A stretch of 64,000 bases of DNA, from positions 22,937,869-23,001,868 of the forward strand of contig NC_090413.1 in the NCBI RefSeq assembly GCF_036365525.1. Direction: 5' to 3'. The position numbers were made by a program, and so were the translations under genes. The notes under the pieces were generated by a model. The model was not told the DNA's origin. It saw nothing but the letters and a program-made list of their open reading frames with translations, and made no database searches. Origin of the DNA: Heterodontus francisci. Lineage: Eukaryota. Within the stretch, counting starts at the first letter, position 1. Every line of letters begins with the position of its first letter. Of this stretch, positions 12,861 through 25,557 are shown piece by piece.

Positions 12861-13789
12861 TGCCAGTAATACAAGAGATCCCACCACCACCACCTCCGGG
12901 CAATCAGGAATAATTCAAGTTCTGATCACATTAATGACCGCATACAGCTTTTTTTCAATTCTGAAGATTCAGATTTACCCGTTACATATTGCACATGACA
13001 GCAAAAATAACACATCAAATTGAAATACATCACAGTTAGTGTATAAAACCATTTTGCTGCTGTCTGGCCATTGGGAGTGAAGGTTTTATGAAATAATTCA
13101 ATGTAGCTGAACTCCTGTGGCATTGCTCAAGCATCACTGCATCACACCTGGAGTGTTGTACCATGTGATGCACAGATGTATTATTCTGCTGCTCAGGTGG
13201 AGCTGTGTGTTATTGGGTTGTTCCTTTAAGACCATAACATCTGACTAATGTAAGCAGGCACATCCTACGGTCAATTAGGGAATAAATGTTCTTAGTTCCG
13301 AGCAATACTGAGAGATTAGCAAGTGGGAGTGTGTGTTTACACATGTGCGTAATCATTCAGTGTGCTCCCTGTGCAGTACAAACAATACATTTGCAGAGTG
13401 AGTGTCATTTTTTTGATCTCACGTAATATCAAATGAGACCAGACTCCCAACGGTGAGGTGATTAAGCTGTCACTTCTAATAGACTGTGAGCTTTTAGTTC
13501 AAATAAGCATTGGTTAAGCACAGGTCAGCCAGCAACTTAATAACATGCTGCTCACTGTTAATAGCATTTAACAGAATAAGACTGAATAATTCAACTCAAC
13601 AGATTACTCTTTTAAAGTAATAACCCCCTCTCTGTGTGTTGCAGGGCAGGGGTCGGGCGTGCCTCAGATTCGACCCCTGGTCAGTACTGAGTTAGGTGAC
13701 CACATCCGTTGCTAATCTCTCATGGCATTACTCTGCACCAAGAGCCATTAGTCTCTGCTTGAGGTCATGACATTAATTGGTTGCTGTGG

Positions 13790-14430
13790 TCTTAAATTAC
13801 CATCGTTGAATCTCCCACCATCAATTTCCTTGGGGTTACCTTTGAGTAGAAACTTAACTGGAATGGCCATATAAATACTGTTACTACAAGAGTAAATCGG
13901 AGGCTGGGAATTCTGCAGTGAGTAACTCATCTCCTGACTCCCCAAAGACTGTCCAACATCTACAGAGCACAAGTCAGGATTACTCTCCACTTGCCCACAT
14001 TCGAAGCACGACACCAGCCAGGACAAAGCAGCCCGCTTGATTGGCACCCCATCCACTGACTTAAACATTCACTCCCTCCACCACTGGCGCACAGTGGCAG
14101 CAGTGTACCATCTGCAAGATGCACTGCAGCAACGCACCAAGGCTCCTTCAACAGCACCTTCTAAACCTGTGAACTATACTACCTAGAAGGACAAAGGCAG
14201 CAGACACACGGGACAACACCATCTGCAAGTTGCCCTCCAAACCACACATCATACTAGCGTGGAACTATATTGCCGTTCCTTCACTGTCACTGGGTCAAAA
14301 TGCTAGAACTCCCTTCCGAAAAGCACTGTGGGTCCAAGAAGACAGCTCACAACCACCTTCTCAGGTAATTAGGGATGGGCAATAAATGCTGGCCTAGCCA
14401 AGGACACCCACATCCCATGAAAGAATTTTT
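13790..14430 (+). mobile_element. CR1/L2-group LINE 3' fragment (same family as 59428-60725)
   Basis: caggacaaagcagcccgcttgattggcacccc..gggatgggcaataaatgctggcctagcca..cacatcccatgaa. Confidence 0.75.
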
Positions 14431-15244
14431 AAAAAGTGATCTAACTCCATATCGGCCAGGGATGGATGGATAAATGAACTTCCCCCCCCCCCCCATGTAT
14501 TTCGTGCATGCAAGGAGGGTTCTTGGGTTTGATCTCTGGACTCTGCTGAGTTGGCTGACGTCTGTCGAGATAGTGATAAGTATGGCACCATTGGCTACAG
14601 CCTCCTGGAGCAAGGACATGGATTGTGTTTGATTCAGGGCAGTAAGTTAGAACAGGAACAGACTTGATTATGATAGTCCCCATGGTCAAATAGCCTGCTG
14701 ATTAGGTGTTTAGATGAGGCTAGCTTCTGTGCAACTGTACCTCAGCAAGAGTCAAGCCTTCAGGAGAGGAGACAATTGAAACAAAATATTAACGTCATTC
14801 TCCAGTGATCTGTCCCCTGTAACAAAAAGGCAACTGAAAGTGATATCTGCATCTTGGTTAAGCAGACACTCTTTGCTTTCTCTGCCTTTTACTCCCAAAG
14901 TGTCGCCCTGCTCTTGACTCTTTGCAAGTCCCATCTCAATGTATTATCTGTCGTCCAAAGAATTTTATGCCATTCAAAAAGCATCGTTTGACGCCATGGG
15001 GAACCTAGCTCAGTGGAGTTCCTGAGATCACCAGATTGAAGGAGTTCTATTAACATCAGTAACACACTGAGCACCACAAAGTTAAATCAGCAACCCTAAT
15101 TGACTAGGCTGATAAGTCAACAAAGCAGATTTGGTTTAGAGCAAGGAAATCAAAGCCAGACATGCTGGATTGCAAGCAGTTAAGTACTTGGATTTTTACA
15201 GCTCCTTGTGTCAACACACTATCTTTTTGGAGTATATTAGCTTC

Positions 15245-15615
15245 ATTTGCTGGCCTAGCCAGCGACGCCCACATCTCATGAATGAATAAAAAAAAAACAT
15301 GGCAATGATTTTATCTGTTCAGGGGAATGTGGGCATCGCTGACCAGACCAGCATTTATTGTCCATCCCTAATTGCCCTTGAGAAGGTGGTGGTGATCTGC
15401 CTTCTTGAACTGCTGCAGTCCATGTGGGGTAGGTACACCCACCAGTGCTGTTCAGTAGGGAGTTCCAGGATTGTGACCCAGCGATAGTGAAGGAACGGCG
15501 ATATAGTTCCAAGTCAGGATGATGTGTGACTTGGAGGGGAGCTTGTGGGTGGTGGTGTTCCCATGCATCTGCTGCCCTTGTCCTAGGTGGTAGAGGTTGC
15601 AGGGCTGGAGGGGGT
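15245..15615. mobile_element. Tail-to-tail fragments of the same LINE family
   Basis: + tail ending atgaatgaataaaaaaaaa at 15298, then - copy gggaatgtgggcatcgctgaccagaccagcatttattg. Confidence 0.7.
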
Positions 15616-16067
15616 GCCAAAAGCATCCACAAAGCGTAATTAAATAAGTGGCAGGTTCATCGGTTTTTCAGGCGGTGTTTGAGGGCATAATGTTGGGTGG
15701 GACACCAGGGAGACCGTCATGCTCTTCAAACAGTGACATAAGATCTTTCTTGGTCCACCTGTGCAGGTAGATGGGATCATCTAACATCTCATGACGCCTC
15801 TGACAATGCAGCAGTCCCTCAGTTCTGCACCAGTGTATCAGTCATGAAGAGCGGGGGAAGGAAAGAGTTAAACAGACTGATGATGACTCTGACTTCAATT
15901 CCCTGGTTGATATTAGGAGTTTCAACATATAATATTCAGTTAATGACACTCTAAACTGCTGAAAGAAACTTACAAAAGAAAATTCATTTTCACCATTTGT
16001 CTCCTTGACCCTCTTCCCCCAATAACAAAGTTCTGAGTGCAAAGAACATTGCACCCACCCAGTCTTA

Positions 16068-16358
<291 letters not shown>

Positions 16359-17769
16359 TCAATTGAATTTCTTTTTTCAAAAAAAGTCACGGGTATTTAG
16401 TGTTAAAATGCTGCAAGTGAGGCGTGGAGTGAAAATGATCCCATTCAGATGACACAGGGTGCTGTTGATCTCGTTCTACAAGGTGAAGATCAACATGCAG
16501 TTTGCTTGAATCCTGCTTTGTTTCGTACTTGTAGAGAAATGAAAATTAAAGATCCTCGTCTAGGCATGTTCAGGTCACCAAGTCTCTGCAAATACGAGTC
16601 TGTGTTCTGAGCAGTGGACTGTTTGGGAATATTCATCTAACTGTTTCTATTGCAGACTGTGTAATGACTCATTGATTGTCCTCAACCAGAGCTGATTATT
16701 TCACCAGGTCCCTCCCTGGCTCCCAATGCAAGAGATTTAAAAGCTCAGAAGCCTATTAATGCTTGCTGAAGCTGTGTGTGTCCCCCTGCTGAGGTTACCA
16801 TTGGCTGTTTATCAGCAAATCACAGTGGTCCCTTTATCCTTTGGATTGTATAGAAGGAGGGGGAGGAGGGGAAAAGGTAAAAATAGATAGGGAGACAGGA
16901 AAGAAAGATATAAGACTGGAAAATAAAAAGACACATTGAACAGAAAATGAAAGATTAAGTGACGCTAGAGAAAAGACGAGGAAAATTGTATGTCATAAAT
17001 AGAAAGCAGAGAAAGAGAAACTGGCAGATGGGGAGACAGAGAAAGAACTAAAAACTCAGTAGAAAGAAGCTAAATAAGCAAATGAAAGTTATTTATTTCT
17101 GTCCTCCTTCAGCTTCTCTCCTCTCCTGAAACTGCTGGCCTGTGGTACCTCCCTGAAGTGTCCATTCTTCATGTGTGAGCTCTGATGAGGAGTGATACCA
17201 GGATATCTGACCAGAGAGGCAGTACTTGGTGGTGGGTGGGGGAGGGGAGGGGGGGGTTGTGGTGGCATAAGACCCACACCCAATCCAATTCCTAAATAAT
17301 ATCCACACACACAATCATAGAAAGTTTTAAGGCACAGAACGAGGCCACTTGGCCCATCGTGTCTGAACCCTCCACCAGATAGATAATGATGAGTGGACGC
17401 CCAGGGACACAGGCTAATTGTAGCACTTCTACCACTGCTCTATCTCCGATCGTCTAATGTCATGGCCAGGGATTATATCTGGGGACATTCCTGATTTATA
17501 AAAACTTAGTACAGCTTCTGCCCATTGAACCATTTACGGAAGCATGGGCGTCAATAATGTTTACCAAAATAATAATTTTTTAAAAGTCCACGCGTCAAGC
17601 ATTGGAATCCGGTTCAAAGTCTCATTGATGCATAGATTCTCTTTATTCAGTCACTCGAGCAGGTTAATAGAACATGGCAGGGCACCCAGCTTCCGATGTG
17701 TTTGTTTCCATTAAAATGTGTGTTTTAAAGGAACCGTTAAAACTGAAAGCAACCTTATACTAGTTGTGA

Positions 17770-18605
17770 GTGTCAGCTTGGCACAGCAGGTAGTGCGCTT
17801 GCCTCTGATACAGAGGGCTGTTTGTTCTCAGCCTCATTGCAGCTGGCACTCCAGTGCAGTACCAAGGGAGTGCTGCATTGTTCGGCTGCCATCTTTCTGA
17901 TGAGATGTTGCCCTGAGGCTCTGTGTGCTCAAGACGGAGATAATAGATTCCAGGGCAGAATTCAAAGAGCAGGGGAGTTCCACTGGTGATTTGGCCAGCA
18001 TTTATTATTCAACCTACAAACCAAGGCAGATTACCTGAACGTACAGTTCATGGCTGTGTTTGGATCCTTGCCTACTACATAATAGCATTGGCAGCTAAAC
18101 ATAACATTGCTTATAAAGAAAGCTCTTTAGGATGTGATAAAACTGCTGTAATAATGTAAGTTTCTTCTTAAAGGCAGAAACTTTACAATTCTGGTGCTGC
18201 TTTGTTATAAAATAAGTAAATACCAGCTGTCTCATAGCTTATTATTATTCAGTTAATTTGTTCTGAAAAACCCCATCTGTCCAGGCCACATGTCGTCTGC
18301 AAAGTATAATCTAAGCTAACACTCCTAGTGCATGTTAAACCCAGGCTCCATCTGCCCTCTCAGATGGACGCAAAAGATCCGTGGCACTCTTTCGAAGCAG
18401 AACAGGGGAGTTATTCTTGGTGTCCTGGCCAATATTGATCTCTTAACCAACATCACGAAAACAGATTGTCTGGTTATTATCACATTGCTGTTTGTGGGAG
18501 CTTGCTGTGCGCAAATTGGCTGCCGCGTGTCCTACAGATGAAAAGCGCTTTGGCATGTCCTGAGGTCGTGAAAGGCACTATATAAATGTGTGTTCTTTTT
18601 TTCCT
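17770..18605 (+). mobile_element. Two Deu-domain SINE copies
   Basis: agagcaggggagttcc core near 17970 and gaacaggggagttattcttggtgtcctggccaatatt near 18400. Confidence 0.65.
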
Positions 18606-18759
18606 TTTTTCAGAATGTTATCATCCACTTGCAGATCTGACTTTGTGGTGGAATAATTGGCCCTGTACTGAGCCCACATTTTCCATTATGCACAGGAATC
18701 CTCGTGGTAACTGGAAACTGCTGATTTGATCTAGGATTCTGAAACTGAAAGAAGAAAGG

Positions 18760-19150
18760 GCATTCATTTATCTAGAACATAACATCCTCAGGACATCCCA
18801 AAGTGCTTCGCATCCAATGAATTATTTTTGAAGTGCAGTCACTGTTGTAATGTTTAATAAGTTTATACACAGCAAGGTCCCACAAACGATGAGATAAGTG
18901 ACAAGTTAATCTGTTTACAGCAGAGTTGGTTGAGGGGAGAAATTCTGGCCTGGCTACCAGAAGAACTCCCTCCTCTTTTTATAGTGCCGTGTTATCTTTG
19001 CCATCCAGCTGAACTGGTAGATGAGTTCTAAGTTTAACATCTCACTTGAAAGTTGGCATCTCTGACAATGCAGCACTCCCTACACTGAAGTATCAGCCTA
19101 GCTTATGTGCTCAGGTACTGGAATGGCTCTATGAAGTGAGAGTGACACCA
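18760..19150 (-). mobile_element. Deu-domain SINE, degenerate
   Basis: ctcaggacatcccaaagtgc..agaactccc..catctctgacaatgcagcactccc. Confidence 0.6.
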
Positions 19151-19549
19151 ACCTAGATCGTGAAAGGTGCTACAAAAGTTTAAGTTCTTTACCTCCGTGT
19201 GAGTCGGTACTTAACCGGGGTTTCACCTTAACTGCCTGCCCCTGGGTGACCACTGAATCTTCACCAAATAGAGAAGGAGCGTGCCGAGCGAGAGAATCTC
19301 AAATATTCCATCAGTGGCACAGGCACTGCCTGTTCCAGCACTGTGTGAAGAAGACAGGTTGGTGACAAGGTTGCCATGGCAATGAGCTTGCTTGCCACAA
19401 TGCAATTCCCACTGTGCGAAGTTGCTGTCACTCAGGTGAAAACGAGTGCAGAGTGAGGAGTCAGTGTGAAATGAAGAAACACAAGGGAAAGAAAGTGGGA
19501 CTGAAATCTGGCAGAGAATCCCTGAGGTAATGAGGCCCTGTGAAAGTTT

Positions 19550-19850
19550 TAGAATCATACAGCACTGAAACAGGCCCTTCGGCCCACCGAGTCTGTGCTG
19601 ACCATCAGCCACCCCTTTATACTAATCCTTCATTAATCCCATACTCCCACCTCCCCGCAGTTCTCCTATCACCTACCTACACTAGGGGCAATTTACAATG
19701 GCCAATTTACCTATCAACCTGCAAGTCTTAGGCTGTGGGAGGAAACCCACACGGTCACAGGGAGAACTTGCAAACTCCGCACAGGCAGTAGCCAGAACCG
19801 AACCCAGGTCGCTGGAGCTATGAGGTTGCGGTGCTTGCCACTGTGCCACC
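19550..19850 (-). mobile_element. HE1-type SINE
   Basis: Reverse complement of the 6291 element: tacagcactgaaacaggcccttcggcccaccgagtctg..gaacccaggtcgctggagc. Confidence 0.85.
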
Positions 19851-19974
19851 CGGATGCCCAGAGGTGGGTGAGCAGGTGATTTTTTTTTTAAACCAGTGAC
19901 GGCCTGAAATAATTAAGAAGCTATTCCAATCCAAGTTTTCTTCTTTCCTCTTATTCTGGATCACATTCTTCCAT

Positions 19975-21435
19975 ATTACATACAATTAACAACACAGAAA
20001 CAGGCCATTTGACCCCAAAGCTTCATGCTCCATACAATCTTCCTGCCATTCGATTTCATCTACCTCTATCAGCATATCCTTCTATTCCTTTCTCCCCCAT
20101 GTACTTACCTAACTTCCCCTAAAATGCCTCTCTGCTATTCGCCTCAACTACTCATAGTAGCGAGTTCCACATTCTCACCACTCTCTGGGGAAAGAAATTT
20201 CTTCTGAATTCCCTATTGGGTTTATTGGTGATTATCTTCTATTTATGGCCCCTAGTTTTGGACACCCCTGCAAGTGGAAATATCATCTTTACATCTACCC
20301 GATTGAACCGCTTCATAATTTTAAAGACTTCTACGCGGTCACCTCTAAGTCTCTTTTCTGAAGGAAAATGACCCAACCTCTTCAATCTTTTCCGATAGCT
20401 CTAATTACTCATTTTTTGGTACCATCCTTGTGAATCTTTTTTGCACTTTCTTCATTGCTTCTATGCCTGTTTTTATAGCATGGAGACCAGAACTGTGCAT
20501 AGTACTCTGTAAATGCAGCCTGACCACGATCCTGTACAAGCTTAACATAACCTTGCTGCTTTTGAGTTCTGAGGAGTGGGTAAAATGCCACTTTGTTGCA
20601 TTTCTAAACGCTTGGGGTTAAGACACGTGGTTTGGACAGGGTTAAAAAACTTTGCTGTGCCTAACCTGTGAGTTCTTGGTGCTGGAACTGCATACTAAAA
20701 GTCAAACACAGTCCATTCCTTTGGTGTCCCTCACCTAGTTGAGTACAACATATGGAGGAGAGGAAGGCTAGTCAGCCAAGTTGCTCATCTATCTAGTCAG
20801 GAAAACCTGCAGTCAGCCCCTCCACTGGCTTCTGAATATGTCTATGCCTCCTGCCTCCACTGCCAAAGCCAATTCTAAGTGTTGATCACACTTGGTGTGA
20901 AGAAATTCTTCCTGCTGTTCATCTTACATTTGGCTTCACCGGTTTGAATCTGTGCCCCATTTGTCCTGCTTTCTTGATTTAACTTGCAGTCCTGTTCCAG
21001 ATTTACCTCATCCATACCATTTGCTATCTTATCTACCTTTCTAAGGTTGCTCTCCCACTGTCTTATCTCACACCTAAATTCTTTGTCACTGGAGATGAGC
21101 ATGCCTGAACCGCCTCTAGGGCTCGATATTTGCATTTCATCACTGAAACACGACTGAGTGGAATGGAGTGAAACATAAGAACAGGAGGAGACCATTCAGT
21201 CTATTCCACCGTTAAATAAGATCATGGCTGATCTGTGATCTTGATCCATGTACCTGCCTTTTCCCTATTTCCCTTTATGCCTTTGGTGAACAAAAAACTA
21301 TAAATCTGAGTTTTAAAAGTAAAAATTGATCTAGCATCAATTGCCATTTGCGGAAGAGAGTTCCAAATTTCTACCACTCGTTGCGTGTAGAAATGTTCCC
21401 CAATTTCACTCCTGAAAGGTCTGGCTCTGGATGGA
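19975..21435 (-). mobile_element. Several CR1 3' fragments
   Basis: Peptides EYYAQFWSPCY, RKNFFTPSVINT, HFYTQRVVEIWNSLPQ on the - strand. Confidence 0.7.
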
Positions 21436-21719
21436 CAGGCATCCATATGCAAGCCTCTTCCAATCCTCCTTTGACCATATAGCTGGCCTCACAGTGTGCC
21501 TCCCCCTGGCTGAGATTAATACATGTGGAAGATGCCCTGCTGTGCTCAAGATGTGATCTGTCTAGAGCATTGCAGAGGTTTTTCTCTACAGACCTAAGCT
21601 CTACCAATTTAGCACTGTAGTTTGTCATTCATATTTCTTTGATTGCAGCATGTTGACATGTTAAGTGCCCCAAAAATACACAGAGACATGTAACCTCAGC
21701 CTGAGCCAATACACATTTC

Positions 21720-21725
21720 TTTATT
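21720..21725 (-). terminator. Candidate poly(A) signal for the repeat-protein gene
   Basis: AATAAA on - with GT-rich gtctctgtgtatttt ~35 nt downstream; implies a ~1.85-kb 3' UTR. Confidence 0.35.
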
Positions 21726-23574
21726 GCCAACATAATTCAGATTAGCTTATTCAGCACTGTGTTGTGAATGACTTCTCATGAGGTCAGTATTATCATACAC
21801 CAGGGTCGATAGTCATACATTTTCTATCATATTCACAGTTAGCAGTGATGGTCTTGTACTTATCCATGATTCTGACATCTCCAAGAGGTGAAATAAATCC
21901 CAGAAGCATAGAAAGTAGTCTAGTCTCAGAATGGACCTCAAAGCAGATTCTGCTGATGCTCAAGTCGCACGTGCTCTAAGAGGAATCTCTTGTGTTACTC
22001 CAGGGTGTCTGTCCACTATGATACCTGCCACTGAGGACAGAAAAGTGACACTGATGCAGTAGGGACTGTTCATGTGAGGTTGAAGTTTGTTGAGGCTGGG
22101 ACATTGGGGCTAATTTAAGAAGTAATTAGATGCTATGATGAGAAGATGGTATGTTTGGTATTCTGTAAGAATGTGATCAAATGGGTTGAACAAGGTTCTT
22201 CATCATTCATTGCCTCGGTCGTAACACTATCTTGAATAGATACTTTCTTTAATGCAGAGTAGAGGGAGCTTTACATCTAACTGCCCTCAACATGGCCTCG
22301 ATGCACTCTAGACTATCCACTCCATAATGATGACTGATGTGAGATAGATGTCACATAAGTTTGGGACAGATGGAGAAGGGGAGAGGAGATGATACTTTGG
22401 GAGTTGGGATTAAGGAAAGTTGGCAGAAGAGGAAGTTTTGCTCTTAAAGGGATATGGAGCCAAGGCAGCTGGATAGAGTTGGGATACAGATCAGACATGA
22501 TCTCATTGAATGGCGGAACCAAGATCAAGGGGCTGAATGACCTACTCTTGTTTCTATGTTCCCATATTCCTTTGCATCTACATGCACCATATCTGACAAT
22601 GAATACTTGGTGCCAACACTTTGTCTCTAGAATGGGGAGATGTCAATAGTTCCAACACTGATATATGAACAGAGAATTCACACAAAGAAAACAAGAAAGC
22701 ACAGTAAATGAAGAATATAAGGGATCTATGATGCCAGCTTCTCAGCCAGGAATTGATGGCTAAGTGTTTACCCACAGGCCATTTCCTTCCATTTTTAGTA
22801 TCCTCTGATGGGACCATCTTATATATCAGTTAACTTTGTCTTCATGCTCCGATGCTCCCAGTGAGATGCTGATCTGTAACAGCAGCAAGTGCAGGACAGA
22901 TTCTCTTTCAGTCTGCACAGTAGAAAGATCCCGGCCGCATTTTTGCTGAAACATCAGGGCATATTTGTGTGACTGACAAGGGAAGAGGCTGACATGTTCA
23001 AGTGGATTGTCACATGGTGTGGAATCTGATAAAAGGAGATATATTTCGGCAGTCCTGGTGATGAGATTGATAGCAGTACTGCGTGTTGTGGTGTCTACTT
23101 CGCACTCTCCTGTTACAGTATATAGCATCACTGGATTGCACATACCGTGAGATGGTAACACAGGTGTCCAGGTACTAAGTTGTGGATCTTGTCACTTGCA
23201 TTGTTAACTTAAAGACTCCATTTTAAAGTATTCACATTCCCCTCTCTCTGCCATTAATCTTCATTGAATTAGGGGTGTGTGTGAGTGGTGGGTTCGGCGA
23301 GAATTTCTTTCTGCTCATCAAGGAACATTTCAGTGACTCAGTATTGGTGTCAACCTAGTTAGAGGCAAAGTAGCGTTCGCTGCTAAAACCAAACCCCATA
23401 TCACATCGGTGTCCCACTTTTTCATTTTTCATAGCAGTGATTCATCATTAATTGAAGCTAAGTCTCTGAATAATATTGTCAAATTAAGGGTTGTTCTGCG
23501 CTGCAGGCCCATTCCCTAAAAGAAGCTATGTGGAGACTATCCCAAACCCATTCCATGTCGGACATTCCTCCTGC

Positions 23575-25557
23575 CTACTGGTTCGAACTTCCAGAGGATT
23601 TGCCTCCCGTCATTTTGTGTTTGCCACAGCTGCAGATTTCTGTTGGCTGTGCGCCCGCACAGGTTTTGGATCCAGGCTGTTTTGGTCTTCCACAGTTGCA
23701 GAATGATGATTGCTTTGCCTTCCCACAGTGGTTGGAACCTGTTGATTTTGTATTTCTATCTGTTGGTTCTTTCCATTTGCAGCCACCTGCTGGTTTTGGC
23801 TTTTCACTGGTTCTGTCTTCAGCCTTTTTTTTCTCACGGGGGTTAACCTCTGTTGATCTTGCATTTTCATTGGTACTACCTGCTGCTGCTGCTTTCCATT
23901 TACATCCACCGACATCTGCTGGTTTGGGTTGGGCGTGTCTATCGGTGCCAACTTCTGCTGTGTCATTGCATATACAGACACCTGCTGGTTTTGGCTCTTC
24001 ACTGGTTCTGTGTTCTGCTGCTTTTTGTTTCTCACAGGGGTTAACATCTGTTGGTTTGGCTTTTCCATCGGTGCTGCCTCCTGTCGCTTTACAGACACCA
24101 TCTTGTGCTGGTTTTGCTTTCTGCTCTTCTGCTGGTTTTGCTTTTCCTTCTTCTGATTTTGGTTTGGCACAGGTGTTGTCGTCTAGTGGTTTTGTGTGTT
24201 CCCCAGTGCTGTCTTCTGCTGGTTTTGCTTTTTCCTCTTCTGATTTTGGTTTAGCGCAGGTGCTGTCTTCTGCTGGTTTTGCTTTTTCCTCTTCTGATTT
24301 TGGTTTAGCGCAGGTGCTGTCTTTTGCTGGTTTTGCTTTTTCCTCTTCTGCTGGTTTTGCTTTTTCCTCTTCTGATTTTGGTTTAGCGCAGGTGCTGTCT
24401 TCTGCTGGTTTTGCTTTTTCCTCTTCTGGTTTTGCTTTTTCCTCTTCTGATTTTGGTTTAGCACAGGTGCTGTCTTCTGCTGGTTTTGCTTTTTCCTCTT
24501 CTGCTGGTTTTGCTTTTTCCTCTTCTGATTTTGGTTTAGCGCAGGTGCTGTCTTCTGGTTTTGCTTTTTCCTCTTCTGCAGGCTTTTCTTTTTCACCAGT
24601 GCTATCCTCTGCTGGTTTAGGTTTCTCGCTGCTTTCTGCCTCATGCTTCTCCTGGGCCTCCGCAGGTTCCTCCGCAGGTGCCTTCTTCTTGGTCTCCGCA
24701 GGTGCCTCCTCCTTGGTCTCCTCCTTGGCCGCCGCAGGTGCCTCCTCCTTGGCCTCCGCAGGTGCTGCCTCCTCCTTGGCCTCCGCAGGTGCTGCCTCCT
24801 CCTTGGCCTCCGCAGGTGCTGCCTCCTCCTTGGCCGCCGCAGGTGCTGCCTCCTCCTTGGCCGCCGCAGGTGCTGCCTCCTCCTTGGCCGCCGCAGGTGC
24901 CTCCTCCTTGGCCTCCGCAGGTGCTGCCTCCTCCTTGGCCGCCGCAGGTGCTGCCTCCTCCTTGGCCGCCGCAGGTGCCTCCTCCTTGGCCTCCGCAGGT
25001 GCTGCCTCCTCCTTGGCCTCCGCAGGTGCTGCCTCCTCCTTGTCTTCCGCAGGTGCTGCCTCCTCCTTGGCTTCCGCAGGTGCTGCCTCCTGGGCTTCCG
25101 CAGGTGCTGCCTCTTCCTGGTCCTTGGCTTCCGCAGGTGGTGCCTCCTCCTGGTCCTTGGCTTCCGCAGGTGGTGCCTCCTCCTGGTCCTTGGCTTCCGC
25201 AGGTGGTGCCTCCTCCTGGTCCTTGGCTTCCGCAGGTGGTGCCTCTTTCTGGTCCTTGGCTTCCGCAGGTGGTGCCTCTTTCTGGTCCTTGGCTTCCGCA
25301 GGTGGTGCCTCCTCCTGGTCCTTGGCTTCAGCAGGTGGTGCCTCCTCCTGTTCCTTGGCTTCCGCAGGTGGTGCCTCCTTCTGGTCCTGGGCTTCCGCAG
25401 ATGGTGCCTCCTCCTGGTCCTTGGCTTCAGCAGGTGCTTTCCCTTCCTGGTCCTGGGCTTCTGCAGGTGCTGCCCCTTCCTGGTCCTGGGCTTCTGCAGG
25501 TGCTGCCCCTTCCTGGTCCTGGGCTTCCGCAGGTGTTGACTGCTGCTTGTTTTCCAT
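23575..25557 (-). CDS. Uncharacterised intronless tandem-repeat protein, ~660 aa (A/E/K/P-rich, Cys-rich C-terminus)
   Basis: First in-frame ATG at 25557 in strong context (gaaATGG), in-frame TGA just upstream; repeat units of 33, 27/24 and 54 nt; the ~180 diverged C-terminal codons also remain open. Confidence 0.72.
   Translation of the reverse strand: MENKQQSTPAEAQDQEGAAPAEAQDQEGAAPAEAQDQEGKAPAEAKDQEEAPSAEAQDQKEAPPAEAKEQEEAPPAEAKDQEEAPPAEAKDQKEAPPAEAKDQKEAPPAEAKDQEEAPPAEAKDQEEAPPAEAKDQEEAPPAEAKDQEEAAPAEAQEAAPAEAKEEAAPAEDKEEAAPAEAKEEAAPAEAKEEAPAAAKEEAAPAAAKEEAAPAEAKEEAPAAAKEEAAPAAAKEEAAPAAAKEEAAPAEAKEEAAPAEAKEEAAPAEAKEEAPAAAKEETKEEAPAETKKKAPAEEPAEAQEKHEAESSEKPKPAEDSTGEKEKPAEEEKAKPEDSTCAKPKSEEEKAKPAEEEKAKPAEDSTCAKPKSEEEKAKPEEEKAKPAEDSTCAKPKSEEEKAKPAEEEKAKPAKDSTCAKPKSEEEKAKPAEDSTCAKPKSEEEKAKPAEDSTGEHTKPLDDNTCAKPKSEEGKAKPAEEQKAKPAQDGVCKATGGSTDGKAKPTDVNPCEKQKAAEHRTSEEPKPAGVCICNDTAEVGTDRHAQPKPADVGGCKWKAAAAGSTNENARSTEVNPREKKKAEDRTSEKPKPAGGCKWKEPTDRNTKSTGSNHCGKAKQSSFCNCGRPKQPGSKTCAGAQPTEICSCGKHKMTGGKSSGSSNQ
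24130..25533 (-). repeat. Compound coding minisatellite
   Basis: 13 x 33 nt (PAEAKDQEEAP, ~25105-25533); ~15 x 27/24 nt (PAEAKEEAA/PAAAKEEA, ~24700-25105); 6 x TCAKPKSEE units on a 54-nt base with 24/21-nt KPAEEEKA inserts (~24130-24620). Confidence 0.95.

Noticed and set aside
16850-17090. Purine-rich low-complexity tract
   Set aside because: No periodicity or coding signal; ordinary low-complexity DNA
22826-23161. 111-aa minus-strand ORF after the repeat gene
   Set aside because: Non-ATG start and no recognisable motif; probably 3' UTR
24130-25533. Repeat array superficially CRISPR-like
   Set aside because: No unique spacers, no cas genes, eukaryotic context; it is a coding minisatellite
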